This document shows positions 20,090 through 29,325 of a DNA stretch of 64,000 nucleotides, piece by piece. This DNA comes from Patescibacteria group bacterium (GTDB lineage: Bacteria; Patescibacteriota; Minisyncoccia; Moranbacterales; UBA2206), in assembly GCA_022709735.1 (NCBI GenBank), contig JAKLIG010000004.1:240-64239 (forward strand), given 5' to 3'. The translations under genes were made by a program, and so were the position numbers. Numbering within the stretch: position 1 is the first letter of the stretch; each line of letters begins with the position of its first letter. A model generated the notes under the pieces. That model was not told the DNA's origin, did no database searches, and was given only the letters and a program-made list of their open reading frames with translations.

Positions 20090-20126
20090 AAAAACGGCCT
20101 CTGTGTTTTTCATAAAGACCGTTTTT
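20090..20126. terminator. Hairpin aaaacggcc...gaccgtttt between tRNA-Leu (+) and the convergent minus-strand gene
   Basis: Stem aaaacgg/ccgtttt followed by a T-tract on the plus strand. Confidence 0.4.
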
Positions 20127-20499
20127 ATAAAGTTTCATTGGCTTTCTCCCTTTCCTCCTTGCAACGATTACACATTGTATAATCGTCATCGCTTACAACA
20201 TGGAGATTGTTTTTTATTATTTCAATAATCCTTAAAAAGTTGCAAGAAGAACTTGAAATTTCAATAGAACTTTGCGCTTTTTGGCAAGTTCTCTCAAAGA
20301 TTTCCTCTCTTTCTTTTTTCCTATAAATTTTACAATTCATAATAACTGCATAATTTCCATCGACATACCCCATTGCCGCATCAGGATATCTTGGATCTTT
20401 ATGATATGTTATTACTATCCTCTTACCTCTTAAAATTTCTACGACTTTATCAACTGATTCGGTCACAAAAATTTCATGCCAGTGACTTTTCATAACCAC
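20125..20499 (-). CDS. Hypothetical Cys-containing protein (124 aa)
   Basis: ORF; C-terminal CNRCKEE. Confidence 0.45.
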   Translation of the reverse strand: MVMKSHWHEIFVTESVDKVVEILRGKRIVITYHKDPRYPDAAMGYVDGNYAVIMNCKIYRKKEREEIFERTCQKAQSSIEISSSSCNFLRIIEIIKNNLHVVSDDDYTMCNRCKEEREKANETL

Positions 20500-20590
20500 C
20501 TCCTATGGTTTTGATTGTTTTTATTAATATTATCAAAGAATTTTCATTATAAAAAACATTTTGCATAAAGTCAATTTTTGACAAAATGGT

Positions 20591-22459
20591 TTATTTTATG
20601 AACAAAGAAATGGCTTTCCCAATTCCGTCCTCATCCAATCCAGCTTCTTCCAAAATTTCTTCCCGCGTTCCGTGTTCCATGAATTTATCCGGAAGACCAA
20701 AGTTTTTCACAGAAACTTTCAAATTTTCTCTTGCAATAAATTCCGAGACTGCGCTTCCCGCTCCGCCGGAAATAACATTGTCTTCCACGGTAATAAAATA
20801 TTTATGAGTTTCGGCCAGCTTTTTTAAAAGCTCTTCGTCTAATGGCTTTATAAATCGCATATTTACCAAAGTTGCATCCAATTCTTTCGCAGCTTTTTTA
20901 GAATTTTCTACCATCGCGCCAAAAGCTAAAATAGCAATGTTCTTGCCTTCATGGATTATTTTGGCTTTGCCAATTTCCAATGTATTATATTTTTCCTGAT
21001 TATATTCGCCGTTCCCTCCACCTCGAGGATAGCGAACAACTGCCGGACCACTATATTTATATCCCGCCGAAAGCATGGCATAACATTCATTTTCATTGGA
21101 TGGCGCCATGATAATTAAATTTGGAATTATTCGAAGAAATGACAGATCGAAACTGCCATTGTGCGTAGCGCCATCCGGTCCAACAATTCCGGCTCTGTCA
21201 ATTGCAAAAAGAACATCCAAATTTTCCAAAGCGATGTCATGAATAATTTGATCATAGGCTCTTTGGAGAAATGAAGAATAAATTGATACAACTGGTTTTT
21301 CGCCTTGAGCAGAAAGCCCAGAGGCAAAAGTTACCGCGTGCTGTTCGGCAATCCCGACGTCATGAAAACGAGCGGGAAATTTTTTTCGAAACTCCGTTAG
21401 CCCCGATCCTTCGCACATCGCCGGAGTAATCGCGTGAAGCTTCTCATCTTTTCTCGCTTTTTCACATATCCAATCAGAAAAAACATCCGAATAAGTTATT
21501 TTTTTTATGCTATCCCCATTTTTTTTGCCCGTCGCCGGATCAAAAGGCGCCGTGGCATGCAAAGAAAATTCATCTTTTTCTGCGTGTATATAGCCTTTGC
21601 CTTTTTTTGTCATCACATGCAAAAATCTCGGCCCTCGAATTTTTTTCAAATTTCCCAAAACTTCCACGAGCGTTTTTACATCATGCCCGTCGATCGGCCC
21701 GTAATATTCAAAACCTAATTGTTCAAAAAGGTTAGATGGAACGATCATTCCCTTGGTTTGTTTTTCCGCTTGACGCATAAATTTTTGAACAACTGGAATG
21801 TGTCCCAAAATTTCTCTTCCTTTATTTCGAAAACGAACATAGGACGGCGAGGAAATCAAACGCGTCAAATATTTTTCCAATCCCCCCACATTAGGCGAAA
21901 TTGACATTTTGTTATCGTTAAGAATCACTAATAAATTAGCCCCGACATCCCCCGCATGATTTAGCGCTTCAAAAGCCATTCCGCCATTGAGTGCCCCATC
22001 TCCAATCACCGCCACTACTTGCGGAAAATTTTTTTTATTTTTATTAGCAATCGCCATTCCGCAAGCGGTGCTAATTGAAGTGCTAGTGTGCCCAACACTT
22101 ACTGCATCATATTCACTTTCTGTTACTTTTGGAAATGGCGCCAGTCCGCCTTTTTTTCTGATAGTGTGAAGCCTGTCTTTTCTGCCTGTTAAAATTTTAT
22201 GCGGATAGGCTTGATGCCCAACATCCCAGATTAAAAGATCACGAGGCGTATCAAAAACGCGGTGAAGCGCTACTGTGAGCTCCACCACACCTAAATTTGA
22301 ACCGAAATGCCCGCCAGTCTTTGAAACACTGCTTATCAAAAAATCCCTCACTTCACCGCAAAGTTCCGGCAATTTTTCTACCGGAAGTTTTTTGATATCA
22401 GCGGGAAAGTTTATAGAATCTAATAGTTTTTCGGCTTTATTTTCTTCCATATAAAACAT
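20591..22459 (-). CDS. dxs: 1-deoxy-D-xylulose-5-phosphate synthase
   Basis: GHFGSNLGVVELTVALHRVFDTPRDLLIWDVGHQAYPHKILTGR. Confidence 0.9.
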   Translation of the reverse strand: MFYMEENKAEKLLDSINFPADIKKLPVEKLPELCGEVRDFLISSVSKTGGHFGSNLGVVELTVALHRVFDTPRDLLIWDVGHQAYPHKILTGRKDRLHTIRKKGGLAPFPKVTESEYDAVSVGHTSTSISTACGMAIANKNKKNFPQVVAVIGDGALNGGMAFEALNHAGDVGANLLVILNDNKMSISPNVGGLEKYLTRLISSPSYVRFRNKGREILGHIPVVQKFMRQAEKQTKGMIVPSNLFEQLGFEYYGPIDGHDVKTLVEVLGNLKKIRGPRFLHVMTKKGKGYIHAEKDEFSLHATAPFDPATGKKNGDSIKKITYSDVFSDWICEKARKDEKLHAITPAMCEGSGLTEFRKKFPARFHDVGIAEQHAVTFASGLSAQGEKPVVSIYSSFLQRAYDQIIHDIALENLDVLFAIDRAGIVGPDGATHNGSFDLSFLRIIPNLIIMAPSNENECYAMLSAGYKYSGPAVVRYPRGGGNGEYNQEKYNTLEIGKAKIIHEGKNIAILAFGAMVENSKKAAKELDATLVNMRFIKPLDEELLKKLAETHKYFITVEDNVISGGAGSAVSEFIARENLKVSVKNFGLPDKFMEHGTREEILEEAGLDEDGIGKAISLFIK

Positions 22460-22479
22460 CCTCTATAATACGCCAAAAG

Positions 22480-23592
22480 TTAGTGCTGGGCAAGTTGACC
22501 GCAAGCGCCCTGAATATCAGTTCCAAGGCTTTTTCTAATAGTGCAATTAATCTTATTTTGAAGAAGATAATTTCTAAATTTAATCGCTTGCTCCGAGCTT
22601 GAAGAAATAAATTTATTTGTTTTCGTTATTTTTTGGTTATTGCTTCTTGTTTCTTGATTATTGCCTACCGGATTATATTTTATCAAATTCACATGCAATA
22701 GATGTTGTTTTCTAAAAGATTTAATATATTTTATCAAATCTCGCATATCTTTTTCGCTATCATTAATTTTGGAAAATAAAATATATTCCAAAAAAACTTT
22801 TCGATTGGATTTTTCAAAATATTTTTCCAGCTCATTTTTTAATTTTTCCAAATTTAAATTTTTATTGGCTGGCATAAATTTTTCTCTTTTTTTATCATCA
22901 GCGAAATGCAAAGAAATTGCCAAATTTATTTGTGGAAAATCTCTGGTTAATTTTTCCATTCCACCAGGAATCCCGACGGTAGAAACTGAAATAGAGCGCG
23001 AACCAAAATTCATTCCTTTTGGGTCAGTTAATATTTTGAGGCTTTCCCTAACTTCTTCCCAATTCAAAAACGGTTCTCCCATTCCCATGTAAACTATATT
23101 AGAAATTTTCAAACCCCTCCCAACCTCCCCTTTCAAAGGGGAGGTGGTTTTGGCATTAGCCAAAACCGGTGGGGTTTGTGTTTTCCAAAACAAAACCTGA
23201 TCTGAAATTTCTTCGGCCGTTAAATTTCTCTTAAATCCCCCGCTACCTGTTGCGCAAAATTCGCAGTTCATCGGACAGCCGACTTGGCATGAAATGCAAG
23301 CCGACCAAACGCCGGGTTTTGGCGAAATTAAAACCGTTTCAATTTTATTTCCGTCTTCCAATTTCAAAAGCGCTTTTATTGAATCCTTATTCTCTGAAAC
23401 TAAAACTTTTTCCGCTTCAAAAGACAGGATTTTTATTTCCTTATTCAATATTTCCCGCAAATCTTTCGGCAAATTAGAAATTTCCAAAAAACTCGAAACA
23501 CCGTCTTGATAGACAGCTTTTATAATCTGCCCCAACCGAAACTTCGGTTGGTTATTTTCTTTTAAAATTTGTTCGAGTAATTCAATATTCAT
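22480..23592 (-). CDS. rlmN: 23S rRNA/tRNA m2A methyltransferase RlmN (radical SAM)
   Basis: CISCQVGCPMNCEFCATG radical-SAM motif, MGMGEP, C-terminal ACGQL. Confidence 0.85.
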   Translation of the reverse strand: MNIELLEQILKENNQPKFRLGQIIKAVYQDGVSSFLEISNLPKDLREILNKEIKILSFEAEKVLVSENKDSIKALLKLEDGNKIETVLISPKPGVWSACISCQVGCPMNCEFCATGSGGFKRNLTAEEISDQVLFWKTQTPPVLANAKTTSPLKGEVGRGLKISNIVYMGMGEPFLNWEEVRESLKILTDPKGMNFGSRSISVSTVGIPGGMEKLTRDFPQINLAISLHFADDKKREKFMPANKNLNLEKLKNELEKYFEKSNRKVFLEYILFSKINDSEKDMRDLIKYIKSFRKQHLLHVNLIKYNPVGNNQETRSNNQKITKTNKFISSSSEQAIKFRNYLLQNKINCTIRKSLGTDIQGACGQLAQH

Positions 23593-23620
23593 AATTTAAT
23601 ACTAACATACACTTAATAAT

Positions 23621-23655
23621 AAAAAAATCTGCCCGGCTAGAAACCCCAGCCGGGC
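23621..23655 (-). terminator. Rho-independent terminator downstream of the dapB-like gene (gcccggct...agccgggc stem, then T-tract on the minus strand)
   Basis: 8-bp GC-rich stem; aaaaaaa on the plus strand is the minus-strand T-run. Confidence 0.6.
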
Positions 23656-23680
23656 ATAAAAATTAAACAGTTTATGTTTA

Positions 23681-24514
23681 TCAACCTTTAAGTGCCTCGA
23701 CCATTGAATATACTTTGCCTTTTTCTCCTGCCTCTATCTTTTTCTCAAGAAAAGGTAGCGCTTTCAACAATCCCATGGCGTAAGGCCTGCGTCCATTGAC
23801 TTTGTGAACAAATTTGAAAGACATGGTGCCATCTTCGGTAGCAAGATTATATTCATGCCAACCGTGTCCATCAATATATTGTTCCGGTACACCCATTATG
23901 GCCTGCCTGGCCGGGTCGCGAATCATTTCGAATTGATTTTTATTTTCAAAATGGAAGGGAATTCCCATCCCCCTAAATGATTCGGCGATAGCCTTTGCAG
24001 TCCCGCTTGTATCCGCCTTTCCTTTTTGGTGGCTTTCAGAAATGAAGAGATTGAAGCCTTCAAAAACTCCAGGGAATGTCTTGGCGCCATATTCCATCAT
24101 GGCCTGAAAGGCAACAATTTGTGCAGCCATATTGGGAGCAATCACTGCACAGATATTGGATTCCCGTATCATTTTAAAAATATTTTCCCTGTCGCCCCCT
24201 GTTGTTCCCATAACAAAAGGGATACTATGTCGGCAATAAAACTCAACGTTCCAATTTACGGCTTTGGGAAGGGTAAAGTCCACTGCATAAAACGGTTTGC
24301 TATCGGGCGTAATCATATCACTGATTTTTTTGTCCCGCTCGCTTGGTTTAACCAGATAAACATTTTGATTACCGATATCTACAACATGATCTTCTATTTC
24401 GGGTCCCGTTAACCCCCATGAATAAAGTTCGAGACCTTTTCTTCTATTTGCAACGATTATTTCCGCCACCATTCTTGCCATCTTGCCAGGCAATCCGCTG
24501 ATCATAACTTTCAT
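23681..24514 (-). CDS. DapB-family (4-hydroxy-tetrahydrodipicolinate reductase-like) oxidoreductase
   Basis: C-terminal motif ESHQKGKADTSGTA (compare DapB E.HH..K.D.PSGTA); N-terminal dinucleotide-binding GLPGKMA. Confidence 0.6.
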   Translation of the reverse strand: MKVMISGLPGKMARMVAEIIVANRRKGLELYSWGLTGPEIEDHVVDIGNQNVYLVKPSERDKKISDMITPDSKPFYAVDFTLPKAVNWNVEFYCRHSIPFVMGTTGGDRENIFKMIRESNICAVIAPNMAAQIVAFQAMMEYGAKTFPGVFEGFNLFISESHQKGKADTSGTAKAIAESFRGMGIPFHFENKNQFEMIRDPARQAIMGVPEQYIDGHGWHEYNLATEDGTMSFKFVHKVNGRRPYAMGLLKALPFLEKKIEAGEKGKVYSMVEALKG

Positions 24515-24605
24515 AACTTTTCCTCCTTTTTAGACTTAAAAGTTAACTTTCCTCATTTATGACATTTACATGATTGCTATAAAAAATAAAAAGAGCTGGT
24601 TTAAA

Positions 24606-24634
24606 ATAATATGCTTTTAAAAATAATTTGTCAA
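24606..24634 (-). promoter_or_regulatory. Near-consensus sigma70-type promoter for the dapB-like gene (-35 TTGACA, 17-nt spacer, -10 TATTAT), followed by an AGGAGG RBS
   Basis: Minus-strand reading ttgacaaattatttttaaaagcatattat; RBS aaaaaggaggaaaagttATG. Confidence 0.55.
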
Positions 24635-25035
24635 ATAAAAGATTCCAATTCCGCCAAAACATCCTCCGGCACATAAATATCTTTGCCTTTCGGACTCACT
24701 CCCGGATAAATCCACGCGGAAATTATTTTAGTCCTGGAATAACCTAACTTTATTTCGTTTATTTCGCATTTATTTTTTTCTTCTTTTTTTGTTCCATGTT
24801 CCATGCTCCATGCTCCATGTTTTTGTATCATTACCCACACTTCTTTTTTCGTTTTTTTTCCGTCTTTTCTTTTCATCACCGCTGTCGTTTTTGGCGCAAT
24901 GCCATTTTCAACTCGATCCGGTTTCCGGATAACATTTTTCACCATCGTCGGGCTTAGCCCATATTGAAGAAGCTTGAATTTAGAATGATTAGTCCAAAAA
25001 AATTCGCGGGTGTTTTTGACTGATTTAATATTCAT
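24631..25035 (-). CDS. Hypothetical basic protein (134 aa)
   Basis: ORF; contains a short tccatg x4 tandem repeat near 24800. Confidence 0.45.
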   Translation of the reverse strand: MNIKSVKNTREFFWTNHSKFKLLQYGLSPTMVKNVIRKPDRVENGIAPKTTAVMKRKDGKKTKKEVWVMIQKHGAWSMEHGTKKEEKNKCEINEIKLGYSRTKIISAWIYPGVSPKGKDIYVPEDVLAELESFI

Positions 25036-25042
25036 AGCCTTT

Positions 25043-25084
25043 CTAACATTCGACGTTAGGAATTTCCTAACATCGAATGTTAGG
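25043..25084. promoter_or_regulatory. 18-bp inverted repeat with 5-nt loop (each arm itself a near-palindrome) immediately downstream of glmS
   Basis: ctaacattcgacgttagg aattt cctaacatcgaatgttagg. Confidence 0.45.
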
Positions 25085-25089
25085 AGAAA

Positions 25090-26928
25090 TTATTCCACTG
25101 TCACACTCTTCGCTAAATTTCTTGGCTTGTCTACATCATATCCCTTTGCCACGCCAAAATAATAGGCGAAAAGTTGGAGAGGAATCACTGAAATAAATGG
25201 TGTCAGCATTTCCAAAGTTTTCGGAATATAAATTACATCATCAGCAAGTTTCAAAATTTCCTTGTCGCCCTCCGTTGCAATTGCAATTATTTTTCCTCCT
25301 CGCGCTTTGATTTCTTGCATTCCGGAAATATTTTTTTCATAAACGCTATCTTTCGGACAAATAAAAATTGACGGAAAATTCGAATCAATGAGCGCGATCG
25401 GCCCATGTTTCATTTCTCCCGTCGGATAGCCTTCCGCATGAACATAAGAAATTTCTTTTATCTTCAGCGCGCCTTCCAAAGCGATTGGAAAATTATATTT
25501 TCGCCCGACATATAAAAAATCCTTAGCGCTGATATATTTTTTAGCAATCTTTTTGATCTCTTTGGATTTTTTGAGAATTCCTTCAATAAGATGCGGAATA
25601 TTTTTTAACTCCTCGGAAATTCTCTTACTCATCACATTGGACATTTCTCTTTGACGCCCAAGCATCATTGTCCAAAGCGCCAAAACTAAAAGTTGCGTAG
25701 GAAAAGATTTTGTTGCTGCCACGCCAATCTCTGGCCCAGTTAATGTATGCGTTCCAGCATCAGTTTCGCGCGCGATTGTTGAACCAACAACATTCACGAT
25801 TCCAAGCGTGAGCGCTCCCTTGTTTTTCGCTTCGCGAATCGCTGCCAATGTATCAGCCGTTTCACCTGATTGAGAAATTGCAATAATTGCAGTCGTATCA
25901 TTCAAAATTGGTTTTCGATAGCGAAATTCGCTGGCATATTCCACTTCGGTCGGAATACCGGCATATTCTTCCAGCATATATTCGCCGACCAACCCCGAAT
26001 AATATGAAGTTCCACAAGCTACAATAATAATTTTTTTAATTTTTCTTAATTTTTTTTCTATTGGGCGGAGTCCTCCCAAAATCGGCAGGTTATCTTCTGA
26101 TAAAAAATGTTCAATTCTTCCGCGAAGACCATTTTGAATGACTTCCGGCTGTTCAAAAATTTCTTTGAGCATAAAATGATCGAATCCGCCTTTTTTGGAT
26201 TCCTCTATCGTCCAATCAAGTTTTGAAATTTCCTTGCTTACAATTTTATTTTTTATATTGCTTATTTCAAATCCACCTGAAGTAATTTCCGCTATTTCTC
26301 CATCATCTAAATAAATTATTTTGTCAGTGTGGCGAACAATCGCACTGGCGTCCGATGCCACAATAAATTCGTCTTTTCCAATTCCTAAAATCAAAGGAGA
26401 TCCGTTTCTGGCAATGATAATTTTTTCTGGTTCTTTTTTATTAATTATCGCTAAACCATAGGTTCCACGAACTAATTTCAATGCTTCCAACACTGATTTT
26501 TTAAAATCAAGTTTTTTATTAAATTCTTCAATTAGATGAGCCAAAATTTCTGAATCAGTTTCGCTTATAAATTTATGTTTTTTCTTTTGAAGTATTTTTT
26601 TAAGTTCTTGATAATTTTCAATTATCCCATTGTGCACTAAAAAAATATTTCCTTCGCAATCCCCGTGCGGATGGGAATTTTTGTCGCTGGGCTTTCCATG
26701 CGTCGCCCAGCGCGTGTGCGCGATACCAATGTTTCCGAGAAAATCGCGACTGCCAATTTTATTTTGAAGCTCCGCCACCTTTCCCACTGCTTTTATCGTG
26801 GTTATTTTTCCATTGTTTATTACTGAAAGCCCCGCGCTATCATAGCCTCGATATTCAAGTTGTTTTAATCCTTCCAAAAGAATTGGAACGACTTTTTGTT
26901 TGCCAATGTAGCCAATTATTCCGCACAT
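25090..26928 (-). CDS. glmS: Glutamine--fructose-6-phosphate aminotransferase
   Basis: N-terminal MCGIIGYIG; two SIS domains; C-terminal ...AKSVTVE. Confidence 0.9.
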   Translation of the reverse strand: MCGIIGYIGKQKVVPILLEGLKQLEYRGYDSAGLSVINNGKITTIKAVGKVAELQNKIGSRDFLGNIGIAHTRWATHGKPSDKNSHPHGDCEGNIFLVHNGIIENYQELKKILQKKKHKFISETDSEILAHLIEEFNKKLDFKKSVLEALKLVRGTYGLAIINKKEPEKIIIARNGSPLILGIGKDEFIVASDASAIVRHTDKIIYLDDGEIAEITSGGFEISNIKNKIVSKEISKLDWTIEESKKGGFDHFMLKEIFEQPEVIQNGLRGRIEHFLSEDNLPILGGLRPIEKKLRKIKKIIIVACGTSYYSGLVGEYMLEEYAGIPTEVEYASEFRYRKPILNDTTAIIAISQSGETADTLAAIREAKNKGALTLGIVNVVGSTIARETDAGTHTLTGPEIGVAATKSFPTQLLVLALWTMMLGRQREMSNVMSKRISEELKNIPHLIEGILKKSKEIKKIAKKYISAKDFLYVGRKYNFPIALEGALKIKEISYVHAEGYPTGEMKHGPIALIDSNFPSIFICPKDSVYEKNISGMQEIKARGGKIIAIATEGDKEILKLADDVIYIPKTLEMLTPFISVIPLQLFAYYFGVAKGYDVDKPRNLAKSVTVE

Positions 26929-27557
26929 AAATTTTTATTAATTATTTTAAAAACTTCTCTTAAATTAACCGCTCTAAAATCAAAATTGCCTTTGCCTGAA
27001 TATTTATGCCTTCCTTCCTTTCTGCCTAATAAAATTGTTACAACACTAGGAATTTTTTTCTTCACATTTTCGACGCTTTCCAAACGATCGTCAATAAAAT
27101 AAACAATTTCATTTTTTTTAATCAGATTCTTTATTATCTTCGATTTAAGACCGCTGGTTGAAATTGACTTTTCGAAATATTTATTTATTCCTGAATTTTT
27201 AATTTTTGTTTCTTGGAATCCAATTTTCGGAAAAGAAATTATATATAAATCTTTTTTTGAAAATCTATTGACAAATTTATAAACATCTTTAAAAATATAT
27301 TTCCTGGTGTTTTTTATAAAATTAGTTATATTTTTTTCTATTTTTCTGGCATTGATTGGAAAATTTTTGCCAATTTCCCTCACATGCATTTTCGAATTAT
27401 ATTTTTTGAAACTTTTATTTTTGTTAGCTGGATAATTATAATAATACTTATCATAAATTTTTTCATTGATTCCGTAAGATTTAAAAATTTTCTTGTAATC
27501 AATGACAAATTCCCTAGTATCAAATAACACGTCATCGAAATCTATAAAGATTTTCAT
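26916..27557 (-). CDS. HAD-superfamily hydrolase-like protein
   Basis: HAD motif I FIDFDDVLFDT and motif IV YFIDDR; start overlaps the upstream gene by 4 nt (translational coupling). Confidence 0.55.
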   Translation of the reverse strand: MKIFIDFDDVLFDTREFVIDYKKIFKSYGINEKIYDKYYYNYPANKNKSFKKYNSKMHVREIGKNFPINARKIEKNITNFIKNTRKYIFKDVYKFVNRFSKKDLYIISFPKIGFQETKIKNSGINKYFEKSISTSGLKSKIIKNLIKKNEIVYFIDDRLESVENVKKKIPSVVTILLGRKEGRHKYSGKGNFDFRAVNLREVFKIINKNLCAE

Positions 27558-28546
27558 TTTTTTATAATAGACATTAGAACCTTGGCCAATTTATCCGGAT
27601 TATGACGAATGAAAGAATGCTTCCTTGCATATAAGTCTTTTTTTGAAATATTTATCTTTTTATTCTGTAACAAATTTGATTCAGCTATTTTAAAATTTCT
27701 TTTTTTAATATTTTTATTTAAAAGAACTAGTGAGTTTTTTCCTTCTAACTTTTCATACAGCTCGATAGAATCCTTATTTGGCCTAGCAGAATTATATGTA
27801 ACAAAATTTATCCTGTCTTTCCCAATAAAGGAATTTATTTCCGAAACATATTTGTCCAAATCATAACCTATCGTCTGACCTTTTTTATTTGTAATGTTGC
27901 AATTGTAGATAACCTTGGCCTTTGAATCACGGATTGCTTTTGAAATTCCTTTGACTATCAAATTAGGCAGAATTGACCCGTAATGATCGCCCGGACCGAT
28001 AATTATAAAATCAGCTTTTTTTATTCTCAAAACAGCTTCCGGATAAGCTCTGACTTCTTTTTTAAAATATATTTTATCCAATCCAATTTTTCGGATCTCT
28101 TCGTTATGATCCAGATTATTTTCTCCAATAATTACTTTTCCATTTTTCAGTTTTATATGTATCTGCACGCTTTTATCGACTGCCGGAATAACTTCCCCTT
28201 TGATACTTAATATTTTTGAAGCTTCGATTATGGCTTTAGCAAAATCTTTTTTTATTTTTTCCAAAGCAGAAATAAATAAATTGCCGAAACTATGTCCCCT
28301 AAGCCTTCCTTCGCTGAAACGATAATTCATAAGTTTGCGAAGTATTTGACTGCAATCGGATAGGGCTAAAAGACATTGTTTAGCATCACCTGGCGGAAGC
28401 ACACCCAGTTCATCTCGAAGCATTCCATTTGATCCGCCATCATCTGCCATCGAAACAATCGCCGAAATATTTATCGGATATTTCTTGAGGCCGGAAAGAA
28501 GCACAAAACTGCCCGTTCCACCACCAATTGTAACGATATTTTTCAT
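27554..28546 (-). CDS. YvcK/GlmR/CofD-family (UPF0052) protein
   Basis: N-terminus IVTIGGGTGSFVLLSGLKKY...SMADDGGSNG. Confidence 0.75.
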   Translation of the reverse strand: MKNIVTIGGGTGSFVLLSGLKKYPINISAIVSMADDGGSNGMLRDELGVLPPGDAKQCLLALSDCSQILRKLMNYRFSEGRLRGHSFGNLFISALEKIKKDFAKAIIEASKILSIKGEVIPAVDKSVQIHIKLKNGKVIIGENNLDHNEEIRKIGLDKIYFKKEVRAYPEAVLRIKKADFIIIGPGDHYGSILPNLIVKGISKAIRDSKAKVIYNCNITNKKGQTIGYDLDKYVSEINSFIGKDRINFVTYNSARPNKDSIELYEKLEGKNSLVLLNKNIKKRNFKIAESNLLQNKKINISKKDLYARKHSFIRHNPDKLAKVLMSIIKK

Positions 28547-28551
28547 TTATT

Positions 28552-29232
28552 TTATATAAACTTATGCAAAATTTCTTCTGCTTTTTCCAAATCTTCCGGA
28601 TTTCCAATTGGATGCCACATACTCGCTTTTACAACTTTAATCTTGTGATCAGATGCCATTTGCGCTAAAGTTTGTGGCAATCCAAATTCTCCATTACCAA
28701 CTGAAACTAATTCGTAATCGAAAAAATTCTTATTCAAAATAAACACACCTGCAACAGCCAATTTATCCTTGGACCTTTTAGGCTTTTCGACAATTTCCAA
28801 AATATGTCCTTTCTTATCCTTTTTAATGATACCGAATTTGCTTGGGTCTTCAACTTCTTTGGCAAGCACTGCCAAATCATGTTCTAACATTTTTTGAATA
28901 TCTTTTTTATTATACAGATCATCACCATACATCACTAAAAATTTGTCTCGAAGAATGCTCTTTGCCAGATGAATCGCTCCGCCCGTACCATTCAAATTGG
29001 TCTGGAAAACATAAGTGATGCGCCTCCCGCCAAAATATCTTTTGAAGTGATGAAGAATATCTGCGCTTCGATAGCCTACGATAAAAATAATCTCTTTGAT
29101 TTTTTTAGGAAGAGCGTTTATTTTATGCTCCAAAATCGGCTTGCCTTTCAATTTCAACATCGGTTTGGTTGTCGCTGTTGTGAGCTTTCCCATTCTTTTC
29201 CCCCTGCCGGCTGCGAGTATGACTGCTTGCAT
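28552..29232 (-). CDS. Sugar-phosphate nucleotidyltransferase (GlmU-N/RmlA-like, no acetyltransferase domain)
   Basis: MQAVILAAGRGKRMG signature. Confidence 0.75.
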   Translation of the reverse strand: MQAVILAAGRGKRMGKLTTATTKPMLKLKGKPILEHKINALPKKIKEIIFIVGYRSADILHHFKRYFGGRRITYVFQTNLNGTGGAIHLAKSILRDKFLVMYGDDLYNKKDIQKMLEHDLAVLAKEVEDPSKFGIIKKDKKGHILEIVEKPKRSKDKLAVAGVFILNKNFFDYELVSVGNGEFGLPQTLAQMASDHKIKVVKASMWHPIGNPEDLEKAEEILHKFI

Positions 29233-29241
29233 TTGATTATG

Positions 29242-29325
29242 GCGACTCTAATTTACGAATTAACACTCGAATTATTCGAATGAATTCGAGTCATTCGGGT
29301 GAAGATTCGCATCATTCGAGTCGCT
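29242..29325 (+). repeat. 83-nt hairpin-forming intergenic repeat, copy B (ATTCGAGT-type); its last bases overlap the leuS stop codon
   Basis: ~84% identity to 13615..13697, same orientation. Confidence 0.8.
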
